From IMG/VR virus record IMGVR_UViG_3300032303_000199, positions 1 through 33,541 of that record: a stretch of 33,541 bases of DNA. One strand, written 5' to 3'. A program made the translations under genes and the position numbers. The notes beneath the pieces are model-generated. The model saw only the letters and a program-made list of their open reading frames with translations, searched no databases and was not told the origin of the DNA. Positions within the stretch are counted from its first letter, which is position 1, and every line of letters begins with the position of its first letter. Shown here piece by piece: positions 11,687 through 20,965 of this stretch. The stretch is from a virus (taxonomy: Duplodnaviria > Caudoviricetes).

Positions 11687-14600
11687 TTATAATGATGCTA
11701 TCTCACCTGTGTTTAGAACACGAACCGGGATGTAAATGAATTCAGCAGCTTTCACTGGTTCAAGTGCAACGTCAATCCAAAGTTCATTTCTATCTATTCT
11801 TGCTGGTGTATTGTTACTTTCGTCACAAATTACCAAGTAATCATAGATACCGCGTTTAGCGACCAAGTCTACCATTAATGTTTGAACAACACCTGCAATT
11901 TGATTTCTTGTCAATGCATCGTTAGGTTCAAATACAAACGGTCTTGCTGCCAATGTTAATTGTCTACGTACATAAGCAATTAGTCGTGCAACGTTAACTC
12001 TATCTAATGCGCTAGAACTGTTAAAACTTGTCTTGTTACCGTAATTTAGTAAGCCAACACCAGTAAAGAATACCAATGGATTGATAAAGTTAATGTACAA
12101 TACATCACGTATACCAATTTGTGTCTTGGTAGTAACAAACTCACCAGTAGCTGAATCAATATAACCAATATTTGTAGCATTGTCAATGATACCGCGGCGT
12201 GTACCAGCTGCTGCTAACCAAGGATAGCTGATGGTATCATTCTTCAAGAATGTACGCAACATCATGTGACTTGGAGGAACAGCAACTAAGTTACCTGCTA
12301 GGTCACTTGTTATACCACTTGGATAGAACAAGCCCAAGTACGTGTTACGTGTTACACAACCTTCTTCGCCTGTGCTTGTTGCACCTGCTGCGTTAGTTGC
12401 CCATGCTTGAATAGCAGTAGCACTTGGAGGCAATCTCATTGGTGTATCACCGATAATATAACCTGTTTCACCACGATCAGCATTCAATACAACCATGTTA
12501 GGTTGTAATTCTGGATAAGCAGGAGTAGCCATTAAGTTGAAGAAGTTATCTTCGTCACGTATATCAGTATTGGTGTCAATCGCTGAACGTAATGATTTTA
12601 CAACCATATTACGTTGTGCTTGGCGACCCATATACGGACTGCCGTTACTTTGTAATCCACTTTGACTTACCCATGTATAGCTAACCAATGGTAAGTTATC
12701 TATGTTAGTAGGATCCCCTGCATTATATGCTCCAGCATTTGGATAATTAGCACTTGTAAAATATCCTGTTGTGAATTCTTTTACATTGTATCCTGAACGG
12801 CGTGTGTTGAACAACAACATACCTGTTGGGTATGCAGCTGGATTCGGAACATCTAAATCAACATAATCACTAGTTAACAAACTCTTGATAGTTGGAATCG
12901 GATCATCAACTGGGTTGATTGCACCAGAACTGCTCCAACGTGCATCATAGAATGCTACACCTGTACTGCTAGTTTGATCGGCATTGTCAATCAATACCCA
13001 TGCATCAACACCAGCAACACTTTGCCAACGATTGATAACTGGATACATTTCTAAATCAGTTGTGTTGATCCATAAATCACCGTATGCCAATGCTGTTGTG
13101 CCGTCGCTTTGAGTTGTTGGTTCAGTTGCAGCAATAATAGGACCATTTGGATCTGTCGCATTACTACCAGTAGCTGATGGGAAACCATTTGAATCGTAAT
13201 TTATATTTCTATAACCATTCCATTGACCATTAGCTTGCACTAGTATATCAACTTGGTCAATAACACTGTAGAACCAGTTTGTACCATTTGTTGGAGTTGC
13301 TACTGGGGCACCTTCGTTAGCAGTAAAATCTAATGCTACCCAATTACTACATTGAACATTATAATTAATGTTAGGAGTACCTGATATAAATGATACTGCT
13401 GTTGCAGCACCGGATACTACAGTAGTGACTTGTACTACCAAATTATTAGTACCGGTTATTCCACCCAATTGACTACCGTTTACAGTTATAGTGTCACCCA
13501 CTACATATCCGGATCCGCCACTATTACTAATACCGTCAGCAGTTAACAAGTATTGATTATAGTAAGTACCTACTGCTATTTGAGCGCCTGTGCCCCCGCC
13601 GCTAGTAGCATCAGGAATTAATCCAGTATAAGCTAGTGGGGTTGCAGGACCATATTTAGTAAAAGTAGTGTCACCAACTATAAAACCAGCTTGATCTAAT
13701 ACATCTGCACTAAATCCTTTAGTGGCGCCTGATGTAGTAATAATGTCATTTAAAATAATTACGCCACCTTCTGTGTGAATCAATTGAATTGCACCATCTG
13801 TAGTTATCAAAGCATCAGTATTAGGTATGCCAGCACCCAAGAATCTTGTTACAAAATCTAAACCAGTGTCACCGTCACTAATTGTAAATGTGTAAGTTGA
13901 TAGACTAGTAGAACCCGGGCGACTTGATTGTACCGTTACAGTTGCTGGACTAACAGTGAGACTACTGAATGTTACATCAGTAGTAGTACCGGTTACTACC
14001 ATTTCACCTGCTGCTACTCTTTCCCATAAATATACAGGACCTTCGGATAATGTATTATTGAAAGAATATTGTCCATATACTTCGCCGGCTGCAATTAATG
14101 AGCCGCCAGTTGGATCTAACGTAGCGTTAACTGTCCAATCGGCTGTTGCCAATTCAACATTTTTTGCAATAAATGATGCAGTTGTAGTACTATATCTAGA
14201 TACTGACGGAGCTAATCCAGAGCCAGAAGAACCAACTTTCATCCATATAGAACCTGTTGGACGAGGAGTTGTTTGACTACTAGACCATAATGGCATCTGA
14301 GATGAAGTACCGTATTGTAATAACGGTTGATAATAACTAGTACCTGCTGTAATTCCCAAAGCAGTTAATGGAGTACCTGTTCCATTAGCAAAAGTTAAAT
14401 ATACACTACCAGTGAATGTTGGTTGTGCGGAGTAAACCACTAATCTACCAGAAACTACTCTCGCTGTAAGTACAGTTAATCCAAGATTATTAATAGCTGA
14501 TGCGACACCGGCTATAGTATTATTAGGTGATGCAGGAACTGTTATTGTAACTGTGTACAAACCAGAAACACTAATAGTGAAAGTATTAGATGCAGTTAAT

Positions 14601-15310
14601 GCTCCGGCACTTGTTCCTTGAACAGTCGCAACAGAAGTAAGCCAGTCATAACTTCCTAATTCTACCCAAGTATTATTGTAATTCTTCAAGAAGAATTGTG
14701 GTGAATCAGTAGGTGAATCTATTCCAGACACTGCAGACACTGTAGCATTTACTGCATAGCTTCCAATTGTACCAATACTATCTAATGGATATCCGCCGCT
14801 TAATGCAGCAGTATCACTAATAACAATAGGAGTTACTGTAGTAAACTGTCCAGTTGTTGCATTGAATACATTTATACCCCAAGTTGAAGTAAGAGTATCC
14901 AACCAATATGCGCCGTTAGCAGGGGCACCTGTTGGACGTGCGGTTTGTCCAACTAGACTTGCTAAATCAATATCAGCACGTAATACATAACAACGGTTAG
15001 TAACGCCTAATAATGAATACGCTGCTAGTAAACCATATTCATTTAATTCGTAACCTTGAATTGGTGTTCCAGCTGTTGTTGTATAGAAGAATGGTGTTCC
15101 ATACAAACTTACTAAATCTCTTTGGCTTGTAACTTGATACAACTTATTTGCATTTGCAGCAGTTGTAGCTGGTGCTACACCTGTACCTGTTGGGTTGGCT
15201 TTGTTTTGTGCTGTAGCTAATACTACTAGCGGAACAGAACCAGCAGCCGCTGGTAAATATTGACTTTGGTCAATGATCGTTACTTCTACGCCGGGTGATG
15301 TTAATGCCAT
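11687..15310 (-). CDS. Contractile tail sheath protein (gp18-like), enlarged
   Basis: N-terminal MALTSPGVEVTIIDQS; C-terminal PWLAAAGTRRG...INP...GNKT...ALDRVNVARL...FVFEPND...VICDESNNTPARIDRNEL...PVKAAEFIYI. Confidence 0.95.
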   Translation of the reverse strand: MALTSPGVEVTIIDQSQYLPAAAGSVPLVVLATAQNKANPTGTGVAPATTAANANKLYQVTSQRDLVSLYGTPFFYTTTAGTPIQGYELNEYGLLAAYSLLGVTNRCYVLRADIDLASLVGQTARPTGAPANGAYWLDTLTSTWGINVFNATTGQFTTVTPIVISDTAALSGGYPLDSIGTIGSYAVNATVSAVSGIDSPTDSPQFFLKNYNNTWVELGSYDWLTSVATVQGTSAGALTASNTFTISVSGLYTVTITVPASPNNTIAGVASAINNLGLTVLTARVVSGRLVVYSAQPTFTGSVYLTFANGTGTPLTALGITAGTSYYQPLLQYGTSSQMPLWSSSQTTPRPTGSIWMKVGSSGSGLAPSVSRYSTTTASFIAKNVELATADWTVNATLDPTGGSLIAAGEVYGQYSFNNTLSEGPVYLWERVAAGEMVVTGTTTDVTFSSLTVSPATVTVQSSRPGSTSLSTYTFTISDGDTGLDFVTRFLGAGIPNTDALITTDGAIQLIHTEGGVIILNDIITTSGATKGFSADVLDQAGFIVGDTTFTKYGPATPLAYTGLIPDATSGGGTGAQIAVGTYYNQYLLTADGISNSGGSGYVVGDTITVNGSQLGGITGTNNLVVQVTTVVSGAATAVSFISGTPNINYNVQCSNWVALDFTANEGAPVATPTNGTNWFYSVIDQVDILVQANGQWNGYRNINYDSNGFPSATGSNATDPNGPIIAATEPTTQSDGTTALAYGDLWINTTDLEMYPVINRWQSVAGVDAWVLIDNADQTSSTGVAFYDARWSSSGAINPVDDPIPTIKSLLTSDYVDLDVPNPAAYPTGMLLFNTRRSGYNVKEFTTGYFTSANYPNAGAYNAGDPTNIDNLPLVSYTWVSQSGLQSNGSPYMGRQAQRNMVVKSLRSAIDTNTDIRDEDNFFNLMATPAYPELQPNMVVLNADRGETGYIIGDTPMRLPPSATAIQAWATNAAGATSTGEEGCVTRNTYLGLFYPSGITSDLAGNLVAVPPSHMMLRTFLKNDTISYPWLAAAGTRRGIIDNATNIGYIDSATGEFVTTKTQIGIRDVLYINFINPLVFFTGVGLLNYGNKTSFNSSSALDRVNVARLIAYVRRQLTLAARPFVFEPNDALTRNQIAGVVQTLMVDLVAKRGIYDYLVICDESNNTPARIDRNELWIDVALEPVKAAEFIYIPVRVLNTGEIASL

Positions 15311-15429
15311 TTTATTTTTCCTTTATGTAAAATTTTGAGGTTTACTACCTGATTGCATACTATTATTTATTAATAAATTCAAAAAAGTCGGTTTAACCGT
15401 ACCTTTGAAGGTTTCTAACTAAATACTGT

Positions 15430-15783
15430 ATGTTAAATCAACGTCCAATATGTAAGAAATGTAACAAAAATCATACTGCTATAAATTACAAGCGTGATGG
15501 GATTACACACTACAGGAGTATCTGTGATGAGTGTGGTAGAAAGAAAAATAAACTAAAGCCTAGAAAGGCTAACTGGACTAAAAGTGGATATAAGAAAAAA
15601 GCCACATGCGATTTATGTGGCTTTAAAAGTATGTTCTCAACACAAATAACTGTGTTTCACGTTGACGGGAATTTAGAACATATTGAACAAACTAATCTAC
15701 GCAGTATCTGCCTAAACTGCATAGAAGTTGTTAAAAAGAAAGAGGTTACTTGGCGTCGGGGTGACCTACAGATTGACTATTGA
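15430..15783 (+). CDS. Zn-finger HNH-like protein
   Basis: Several CxxC pairs and HVDGN...NLRSICLNC (HNH-like, final His apparently absent); TAAATA 4 nt upstream. Confidence 0.75.
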   Translation: MLNQRPICKKCNKNHTAINYKRDGITHYRSICDECGRKKNKLKPRKANWTKSGYKKKATCDLCGFKSMFSTQITVFHVDGNLEHIEQTNLRSICLNCIEVVKKKEVTWRRGDLQIDY

Positions 15784-16405
15784 TAATATTATGCATGGTG
15801 GTGTGTAACTCATCAATGGTTCCGTTGTTATCTACCATATGGTCATAGTCTAGTCCTACACTACTGTATTCACTAGCATGAATTTTTAGTTTATCTAACT
15901 TACTCTTACTTAGTGACCAAGATGAATTGCCATTTGGCCCTTTATTATATGCTACTGCTGAATCATACCACTCAGGATCAGGCCCGCGGCTTACTCTAAT
16001 AGCTATCCCACCTATATTTCTAATAGCATTTACTTCATTGGCAAATCTACAGTCAGTAATTACAATATCTTCATTGGAGTTTAATAGTTTATGTTCAACA
16101 CTTGCCACCCAGATATCATTGTGAAAGTGATTGCGACATACATCTGTTCCCCAATATTGTAGTATCCACCTTGGGGTGATATCCATACCCAAACGATTAC
16201 TCCACCATTCATCTTTTTGTTCACGCCATACTCGGCTAGCTTTTGTAGTACCTTCCAGGTATTCACGGTTCCATCCAAAGATTACTGCTATCGCATCTTT
16301 AAGACTAGATGCAAAACTGATTCGTTTAAACCCGTGATGTGTAGTAAGATAGTCAGCAATTGTATCTTTGCCTGAACCAATTAAACCAGTGATACCTATA
16401 ATCAT
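15746..16405 (-). CDS. Deoxynucleoside monophosphate kinase (T4 gp1-like)
   Basis: P-loop GLIGSGKDT, SFASSLKD, TPRWILQYWGTD, ITDCRFANE, HASE; SD AGGAG. Confidence 0.92.
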   Translation of the reverse strand: MIIGITGLIGSGKDTIADYLTTHHGFKRISFASSLKDAIAVIFGWNREYLEGTTKASRVWREQKDEWWSNRLGMDITPRWILQYWGTDVCRNHFHNDIWVASVEHKLLNSNEDIVITDCRFANEVNAIRNIGGIAIRVSRGPDPEWYDSAVAYNKGPNGNSSWSLSKSKLDKLKIHASEYSSVGLDYDHMVDNNGTIDELHTTMHNIINSQSVGHPDAK

Positions 16406-16464
16406 ACAATGCTCCTATAAGTACTTATTATATTACAGGAACAAGACAATAGAAAGCATTTAGG

Positions 16465-17262
16465 TTAACCTTGAACCCACGTCAAGGGCTGGGAATAATC
16501 TACATACTTCTTCAATTCTTCAATCAATAATTCCATCGCTGCTTTGCCTTCTGCTTTCATAGCAGTACCGTTCAATGTTGTACCGCCACCGGGACCAGCA
16601 ATAGTTCCAAATTTCTCACGGGCTTCGCCGATCATAACTTTAAGGTTAGCTAAGATAAAGTCACCAATCCAAACACCAGCACCAGGGTCTTGTAGTAATA
16701 TTTCTTCTGTCTTTTGTACATCAGCCCATATTAATACACGCTCACCAGATCCTTTTGGATCACGAACAATACGCAATATTTTAGATACTGGGTTGAAGGT
16801 GTATGTTACATAGCCACCGAACATACGTGCTGCTAACTCAACATAACCTGCATAAAAGTCATATGTTGCCATACCACCTGCATAGTTATAGTTAAGCAAA
16901 TAGGTATTTAGAATCGCACTTGAGAATGGGTCAAAGCTGCTGCTTGATGGTCCAGTTTCTAAACCAATTGTTCTACGGAAAATACTTCTTACATTGATAA
17001 ACTCGGCAGGAAGAGTGTAAGTATCTACATTCTTTTCAATGGTCATTAGAATATAAGATTCTTCCGTAGCGGCTTGTGCCCGTTGACGATAGACCTTGAT
17101 AGCGTAGTTGTACGCTGCCTCGTAATGTTGAGGATCCAATTCAATATCAATCATCCCGTCACCGAGACGATATCTAAGATTACTGAATAGTGCCTCTTTT
17201 AACTCTGATAAAGTTAACCCGGTCGGGGTTGAAAGAACAGAAGCGGTTGGATATGTTGACAT
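16465..17262 (-). CDS. Neck protein (gp13-like)
   Basis: RLGDGMIDIELDPQH...IGEAREKFGTIAGPGGGTTLNG; late promoter 17282-17287. Confidence 0.85.
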   Translation of the reverse strand: MSTYPTASVLSTPTGLTLSELKEALFSNLRYRLGDGMIDIELDPQHYEAAYNYAIKVYRQRAQAATEESYILMTIEKNVDTYTLPAEFINVRSIFRRTIGLETGPSSSSFDPFSSAILNTYLLNYNYAGGMATYDFYAGYVELAARMFGGYVTYTFNPVSKILRIVRDPKGSGERVLIWADVQKTEEILLQDPGAGVWIGDFILANLKVMIGEAREKFGTIAGPGGGTTLNGTAMKAEGKAAMELLIEELKKYVDYSQPLTWVQG

Positions 17263-17263
17263 A

Positions 17264-17299
17264 AGTGTTACCTAATAATACTATTTATCAGGTAACACT
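17264..17299 (-). promoter_or_regulatory. RBS-sequestering hairpin with late promoter in its loop (gp13)
   Basis: AGTGTTACCT-GATAAATAGTATTATT-AGGTAACACT-T-ATG: perfect 10-bp stem. Confidence 0.75.
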
Positions 17300-17311
17300 A
17301 TGGTTCGTGTA

Positions 17312-17788
17312 TTACAAGTCGCCGTCTTTACGATTTTCGCTGTAAAATGCGTCAAACTTTCCACCGGGATAGCGTGACTCTAACTTGCGTATATTCTCAG
17401 CAATCACTTCGTTGGGGTCAAGATTCAACGCACGACATGCATTTACCCAGTACCACATAATGTCACCGAGTTCACGTTTCATATGAAATACATTCTCGTC
17501 AGTCAATGCTTTACCCTGAAAAATGATCTTCTTGGGCACTTCAATAAATTCACCACTTTCTGCTGCTAATCCAAAACATGCTGTAATTAATAATGGAATA
17601 TTAACATCAGGACCATGCTTCATCTGAGATGAAGCATGGTAACCATGCTTTATCTGATTGTCTGCTAAGTCTAGTTCATAGTTAGCATCTAATCGGTCTA
17701 TCGTATCATGGAATGTAGTTAAGTCATTACTTGCTTGACTGGTTACAGCCTCTACAAAATCTTGGTATTTGTTTAAATCAATTTTCAT
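17312..17788 (-). CDS. mazG: MazG-like nucleotide pyrophosphohydrolase
   Basis: GLAAESGEFIEVPKK...KRELGDIMWY...ENIRKLESRYP. Confidence 0.85.
   Translation of the reverse strand: MKIDLNKYQDFVEAVTSQASNDLTTFHDTIDRLDANYELDLADNQIKHGYHASSQMKHGPDVNIPLLITACFGLAAESGEFIEVPKKIIFQGKALTDENVFHMKRELGDIMWYWVNACRALNLDPNEVIAENIRKLESRYPGGKFDAFYSENRKDGDL
17612..17657. repeat. Forward-inverted-forward triplication inside mazG
   Basis: accatgcttcatc-tga-gatgaagcatggt-a-accatgctttatctga. Confidence 0.85.
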
Positions 17789-17961
17789 GGTGTTGTTGAT
17801 GTATCAAGTGCAATGACACTTCCTATAAAAATGCTGATCCACCCGTTAGTGTCTTGCCCACTAAACAGTAAACTTATCCCGCTCAACACATTGAGACCTG
17901 CAATTGTATATGCAATCTTTTTGCGGTGTATAGTACACCAATCTATAATTTTATCTGTCAT
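17785..17961 (-). CDS. Small membrane protein (58 aa, two hydrophobic segments), not in the ORF track
   Basis: MTDKIIDWCTIHRKKIAYTIAGLNVLSGISLLFSGQDTNGWISIFIGSVIALDTSTTP; SD AAGGAG; ATGA overlap with mazG. Confidence 0.75.
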   Translation of the reverse strand: MTDKIIDWCTIHRKKIAYTIAGLNVLSGISLLFSGQDTNGWISIFIGSVIALDTSTTP

Positions 17962-17970
17962 AATAACTCC

Positions 17971-19131
17971 TTAAAACGCTTTCAAAATAATCATGTTCTC
18001 ATTGAATCTGCCGTTCGGAACTGCTCCCACTGCTTTAATATCTTTGAAATACTTACGTGCTACAGGTTTGCTTCCCATCACTTCTTTGATTTGCTCACCG
18101 GGCTTACGTAATGTTTTCATCTCACTAGTATTTGCATCAAATCCTAGCAATGTATTACCTTTAACACTAAACACTTTGCTGTACTCGTCGGCAATATAAT
18201 GATGTAGCTTGCGCTTACCTGTATCATAAACCCATGCCTCACTTGCACCGTGAAGTTTTGTAGGATGTACGCTGACTAAATCAATCTTAGCTGCAACATC
18301 CTTGAACAACTTCAAGTATTTCAGTTTAGCAACAATCTTTTCAACAGGAACTGCTTTGCGTTTACGCGGAGCCTTGCTTGCTTTTTTAATGCTAATGTAA
18401 CTATTCAAGTCACCTAGCACACCTTCAATAAATTTCAGAATGTTACGAATCTGAATCTTACCTAGGAACGCATATCCCTCTTTGAGAGACTCGTCACCGT
18501 CACTTAGACGTTGAAATTCATCTTGCTTACGTTTCCAAATATCAACGATAATATGAATATGTTGCGGCATGACATTGTATCTTGCAACAATATCAACTGT
18601 CTTTTCCGATGCTTTGCCAGTAGTAACAAAATCGTCAATCATCCCTTCCATGTCGCCGGCAGCCGCGTTTGCTTTTTCACGCAATACTTCTTGAATGTTA
18701 GGCCGTGTAGTTGCCGTTTCTACAATACTAGTTTGACTAGTTTTTACCTCAGTCTCTGATAAAGATTTGACTAATCGGGTAATCTCATTTTGAAGGGTAA
18801 GTTCTTCATGCTCGGTTAATTCTAGACCGCGCATTGTCATACGTGCTACCCAGCACAATGTAATAATGAATTCGCTTTCATGTACCTTACGAACCAACTT
18901 AGCCTCGTCTGTTCGCTTATTGTAATCCAGATATTGACACAATAGTTCTTTTGCGTCTTTTTTACTGTAGAATCTACTATACCAAGTAAAACTTCTAGCA
19001 AGTGTTGAAAATCTAGCTTCTGGGTCAGGCTGAATTGGGAAGAAGGGTTCTTCTCCCATGTATTTTGTATCAGCATCACGTGGGTTGAGTGCTTTTACAA
19101 AATGATCGTCGGTATGCTTACGTGTAGCCAT
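17971..19131 (-). CDS. Hypothetical phage protein, probably early
   Basis: 386-aa ORF with GGAG SD, downstream of a consensus sigma70 promoter; basic C-terminal domain. Confidence 0.85.
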   Translation of the reverse strand: MATRKHTDDHFVKALNPRDADTKYMGEEPFFPIQPDPEARFSTLARSFTWYSRFYSKKDAKELLCQYLDYNKRTDEAKLVRKVHESEFIITLCWVARMTMRGLELTEHEELTLQNEITRLVKSLSETEVKTSQTSIVETATTRPNIQEVLREKANAAAGDMEGMIDDFVTTGKASEKTVDIVARYNVMPQHIHIIVDIWKRKQDEFQRLSDGDESLKEGYAFLGKIQIRNILKFIEGVLGDLNSYISIKKASKAPRKRKAVPVEKIVAKLKYLKLFKDVAAKIDLVSVHPTKLHGASEAWVYDTGKRKLHHYIADEYSKVFSVKGNTLLGFDANTSEMKTLRKPGEQIKEVMGSKPVARKYFKDIKAVGAVPNGRFNENMIILKAF

Positions 19132-19161
19132 ATATTACTCCAAAGTTTCAATTGAATATGT

Positions 19162-19190
19162 ATTATAGCACAAGAACCATTTAATGTCAA
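19162..19190 (-). promoter_or_regulatory. Consensus sigma70 (early) promoter
   Basis: TTGACA (19190-19185), 17 nt, TATAAT (19167-19162), with TGn extended -10. Confidence 0.9.
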
Positions 19191-19216
19191 GTTTTTGGTA
19201 ATACGCCCATCGTCTG

Positions 19217-19231
19217 TATTTACGATAAATA
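19217..19231. promoter_or_regulatory. Back-to-back late promoter boxes at the divergence point
   Basis: tattta-cga-taaata. Confidence 0.65.
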
Positions 19232-19251
19232 AGTAATAAAGTGAATTAACC

Positions 19252-20955
19252 ATGCCTAGACTCTCGCTTTGGCGTCCCAATAAAACGAACGATTATAACT
19301 TTTTTGATAAAATAATATCAGAACAGTTCACCGCAGGTTCCACGGATTTGTATATACACAAGTATATGGGTCCAACAAATCAAGGACCATCCATTGATGC
19401 TACCCAACCTGAATACGATGTACTAGCCCCAACTAACATACAAGATTTGTTATTCCTAGAAAACCGTGACAGAACATATGACCCAAATGTCTATCGTTTA
19501 CGTGGACATTATAATGTACAGAATTTAGATTTTGATTTAAGTCAGTTTGGATTATTCCTAAACAATGATATCATATTCATTACGGTTCATTACAATGATA
19601 TGATTCAATTAGTTGGCAGAAAACTAATGGTTGGTGATGTAATTGAATTACCTCACTTATTAGATTACAATCCATTAGATGAAACTATACCCACTGCACT
19701 AAAACGTTTCATGCAAATCACCGATGCTAATTATGCTAGTGAAGGATTTAGTCCAACTTGGTTTCCGCATTTATGGCGTATCAAGTGTGAACCATTAGTT
19801 GATAGTGAAGAATTTACTCAGATATTAAATGCACCAATTGACCAAGATACTTATTTAGGTATCTGGGATAGTACTAAACCTTACCCGGCCGGCTATGTAA
19901 TTACATACGGTGATAAAAATTACAAAGCATTAATTGATGTACCTGCAGGTAAGTATCCACCTGATCCTACATATTGGCAATTAGATACTGCGGATAATCT
20001 TAAAGATATCCTTGCTACATACAACAAGAATATTGCAATCAATGATGCTGCATTACGTGAAGCAGAACGTCTTGTACCTAAAGCAGGTTACGATAGAAAA
20101 AATCTATATATTGTACCTACATATGGTGAATATTCAAGCGATGGTGTACTATCAAATGCTATTAATAATCCTGCACCTCCGGTGGGTGTTAATACAGATG
20201 GAGGCGCACCTGTTCCAACAGGTACTGTAATGATGGTACGTAATCCTAATTTCAAAAATCCTAGTCCAGTACTTAAAATTTCTAAATCAGCAATAAAAAG
20301 TATTTGGGATATGACGGCTGATATGGGTTACGATAAGTTAGATATTTTTAACACAGTTAATTTAGAAACAGTTACATTAGCCCCACAACGAACCGACACT
20401 AATTCAGGTCAAGTAAGCGGGAACAAAATATTAACAGTATATTCAATGGGACAAATTACTGGCCCATATGGTACTGCTGATAACACATATGCAACCGCTG
20501 ACGCTAATCCAGAATTACCGGGATTCACGGGAACAATTAGTCAATCAATGGATTGGAGAGCAGATTGTGATCCAGCATTCCAATTCATTGCACGTAGTAG
20601 TCCAAGAAGTTTTGGTTACACTACAGGATATTTAGATGGTACAGGTGAAGCACCCAATGGATTACCAACTGGTGCTGGTATAAGTTTCCCGCAAAATCCA
20701 CAAGTTGGAGATTACTTCTTACGTATTGATTACTTCCCTCAATTGTTATATCGTTGGGATGGCAGAATGTGGGTTAGAATATCTAAAAATGTCAGAACCC
20801 CAACTGGATTTACTGAAGCAAACAAGTCACAATTATCTGGCTTTATTAATGATAGAGCAGAAACTAAACTTACAGATGGTACGTATGTACCGCAACGTCA
20901 AGCATTGTCAACTATTTTAGGATTGACACCCGACCCGTTACCCCCAGTAGTATAA
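19252..20955 (+). CDS. Neck/head-closure protein (gp14-like) with inserted carbohydrate-binding-like module
   Basis: IQDLLFLENRDRTYD...DFDLSQFGLFL...GDVIELPHL; internal WDSTKPYPAGYVITYGDKNYKAL...TYWQL (CBM5/12-like); upstream of gp15. Confidence 0.7.
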   Translation: MPRLSLWRPNKTNDYNFFDKIISEQFTAGSTDLYIHKYMGPTNQGPSIDATQPEYDVLAPTNIQDLLFLENRDRTYDPNVYRLRGHYNVQNLDFDLSQFGLFLNNDIIFITVHYNDMIQLVGRKLMVGDVIELPHLLDYNPLDETIPTALKRFMQITDANYASEGFSPTWFPHLWRIKCEPLVDSEEFTQILNAPIDQDTYLGIWDSTKPYPAGYVITYGDKNYKALIDVPAGKYPPDPTYWQLDTADNLKDILATYNKNIAINDAALREAERLVPKAGYDRKNLYIVPTYGEYSSDGVLSNAINNPAPPVGVNTDGGAPVPTGTVMMVRNPNFKNPSPVLKISKSAIKSIWDMTADMGYDKLDIFNTVNLETVTLAPQRTDTNSGQVSGNKILTVYSMGQITGPYGTADNTYATADANPELPGFTGTISQSMDWRADCDPAFQFIARSSPRSFGYTTGYLDGTGEAPNGLPTGAGISFPQNPQVGDYFLRIDYFPQLLYRWDGRMWVRISKNVRTPTGFTEANKSQLSGFINDRAETKLTDGTYVPQRQALSTILGLTPDPLPPVV

Positions 20956-20965
20956 AGAGTATATA

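Noticed and set aside
16428-16460. T4 MotA-box middle promoter (AATGCTT...TATAAT) for the dNMP kinase
   Set aside because: Spacing is about 21 nt, much longer than in T4 middle promoters; only the -10 box is supportable
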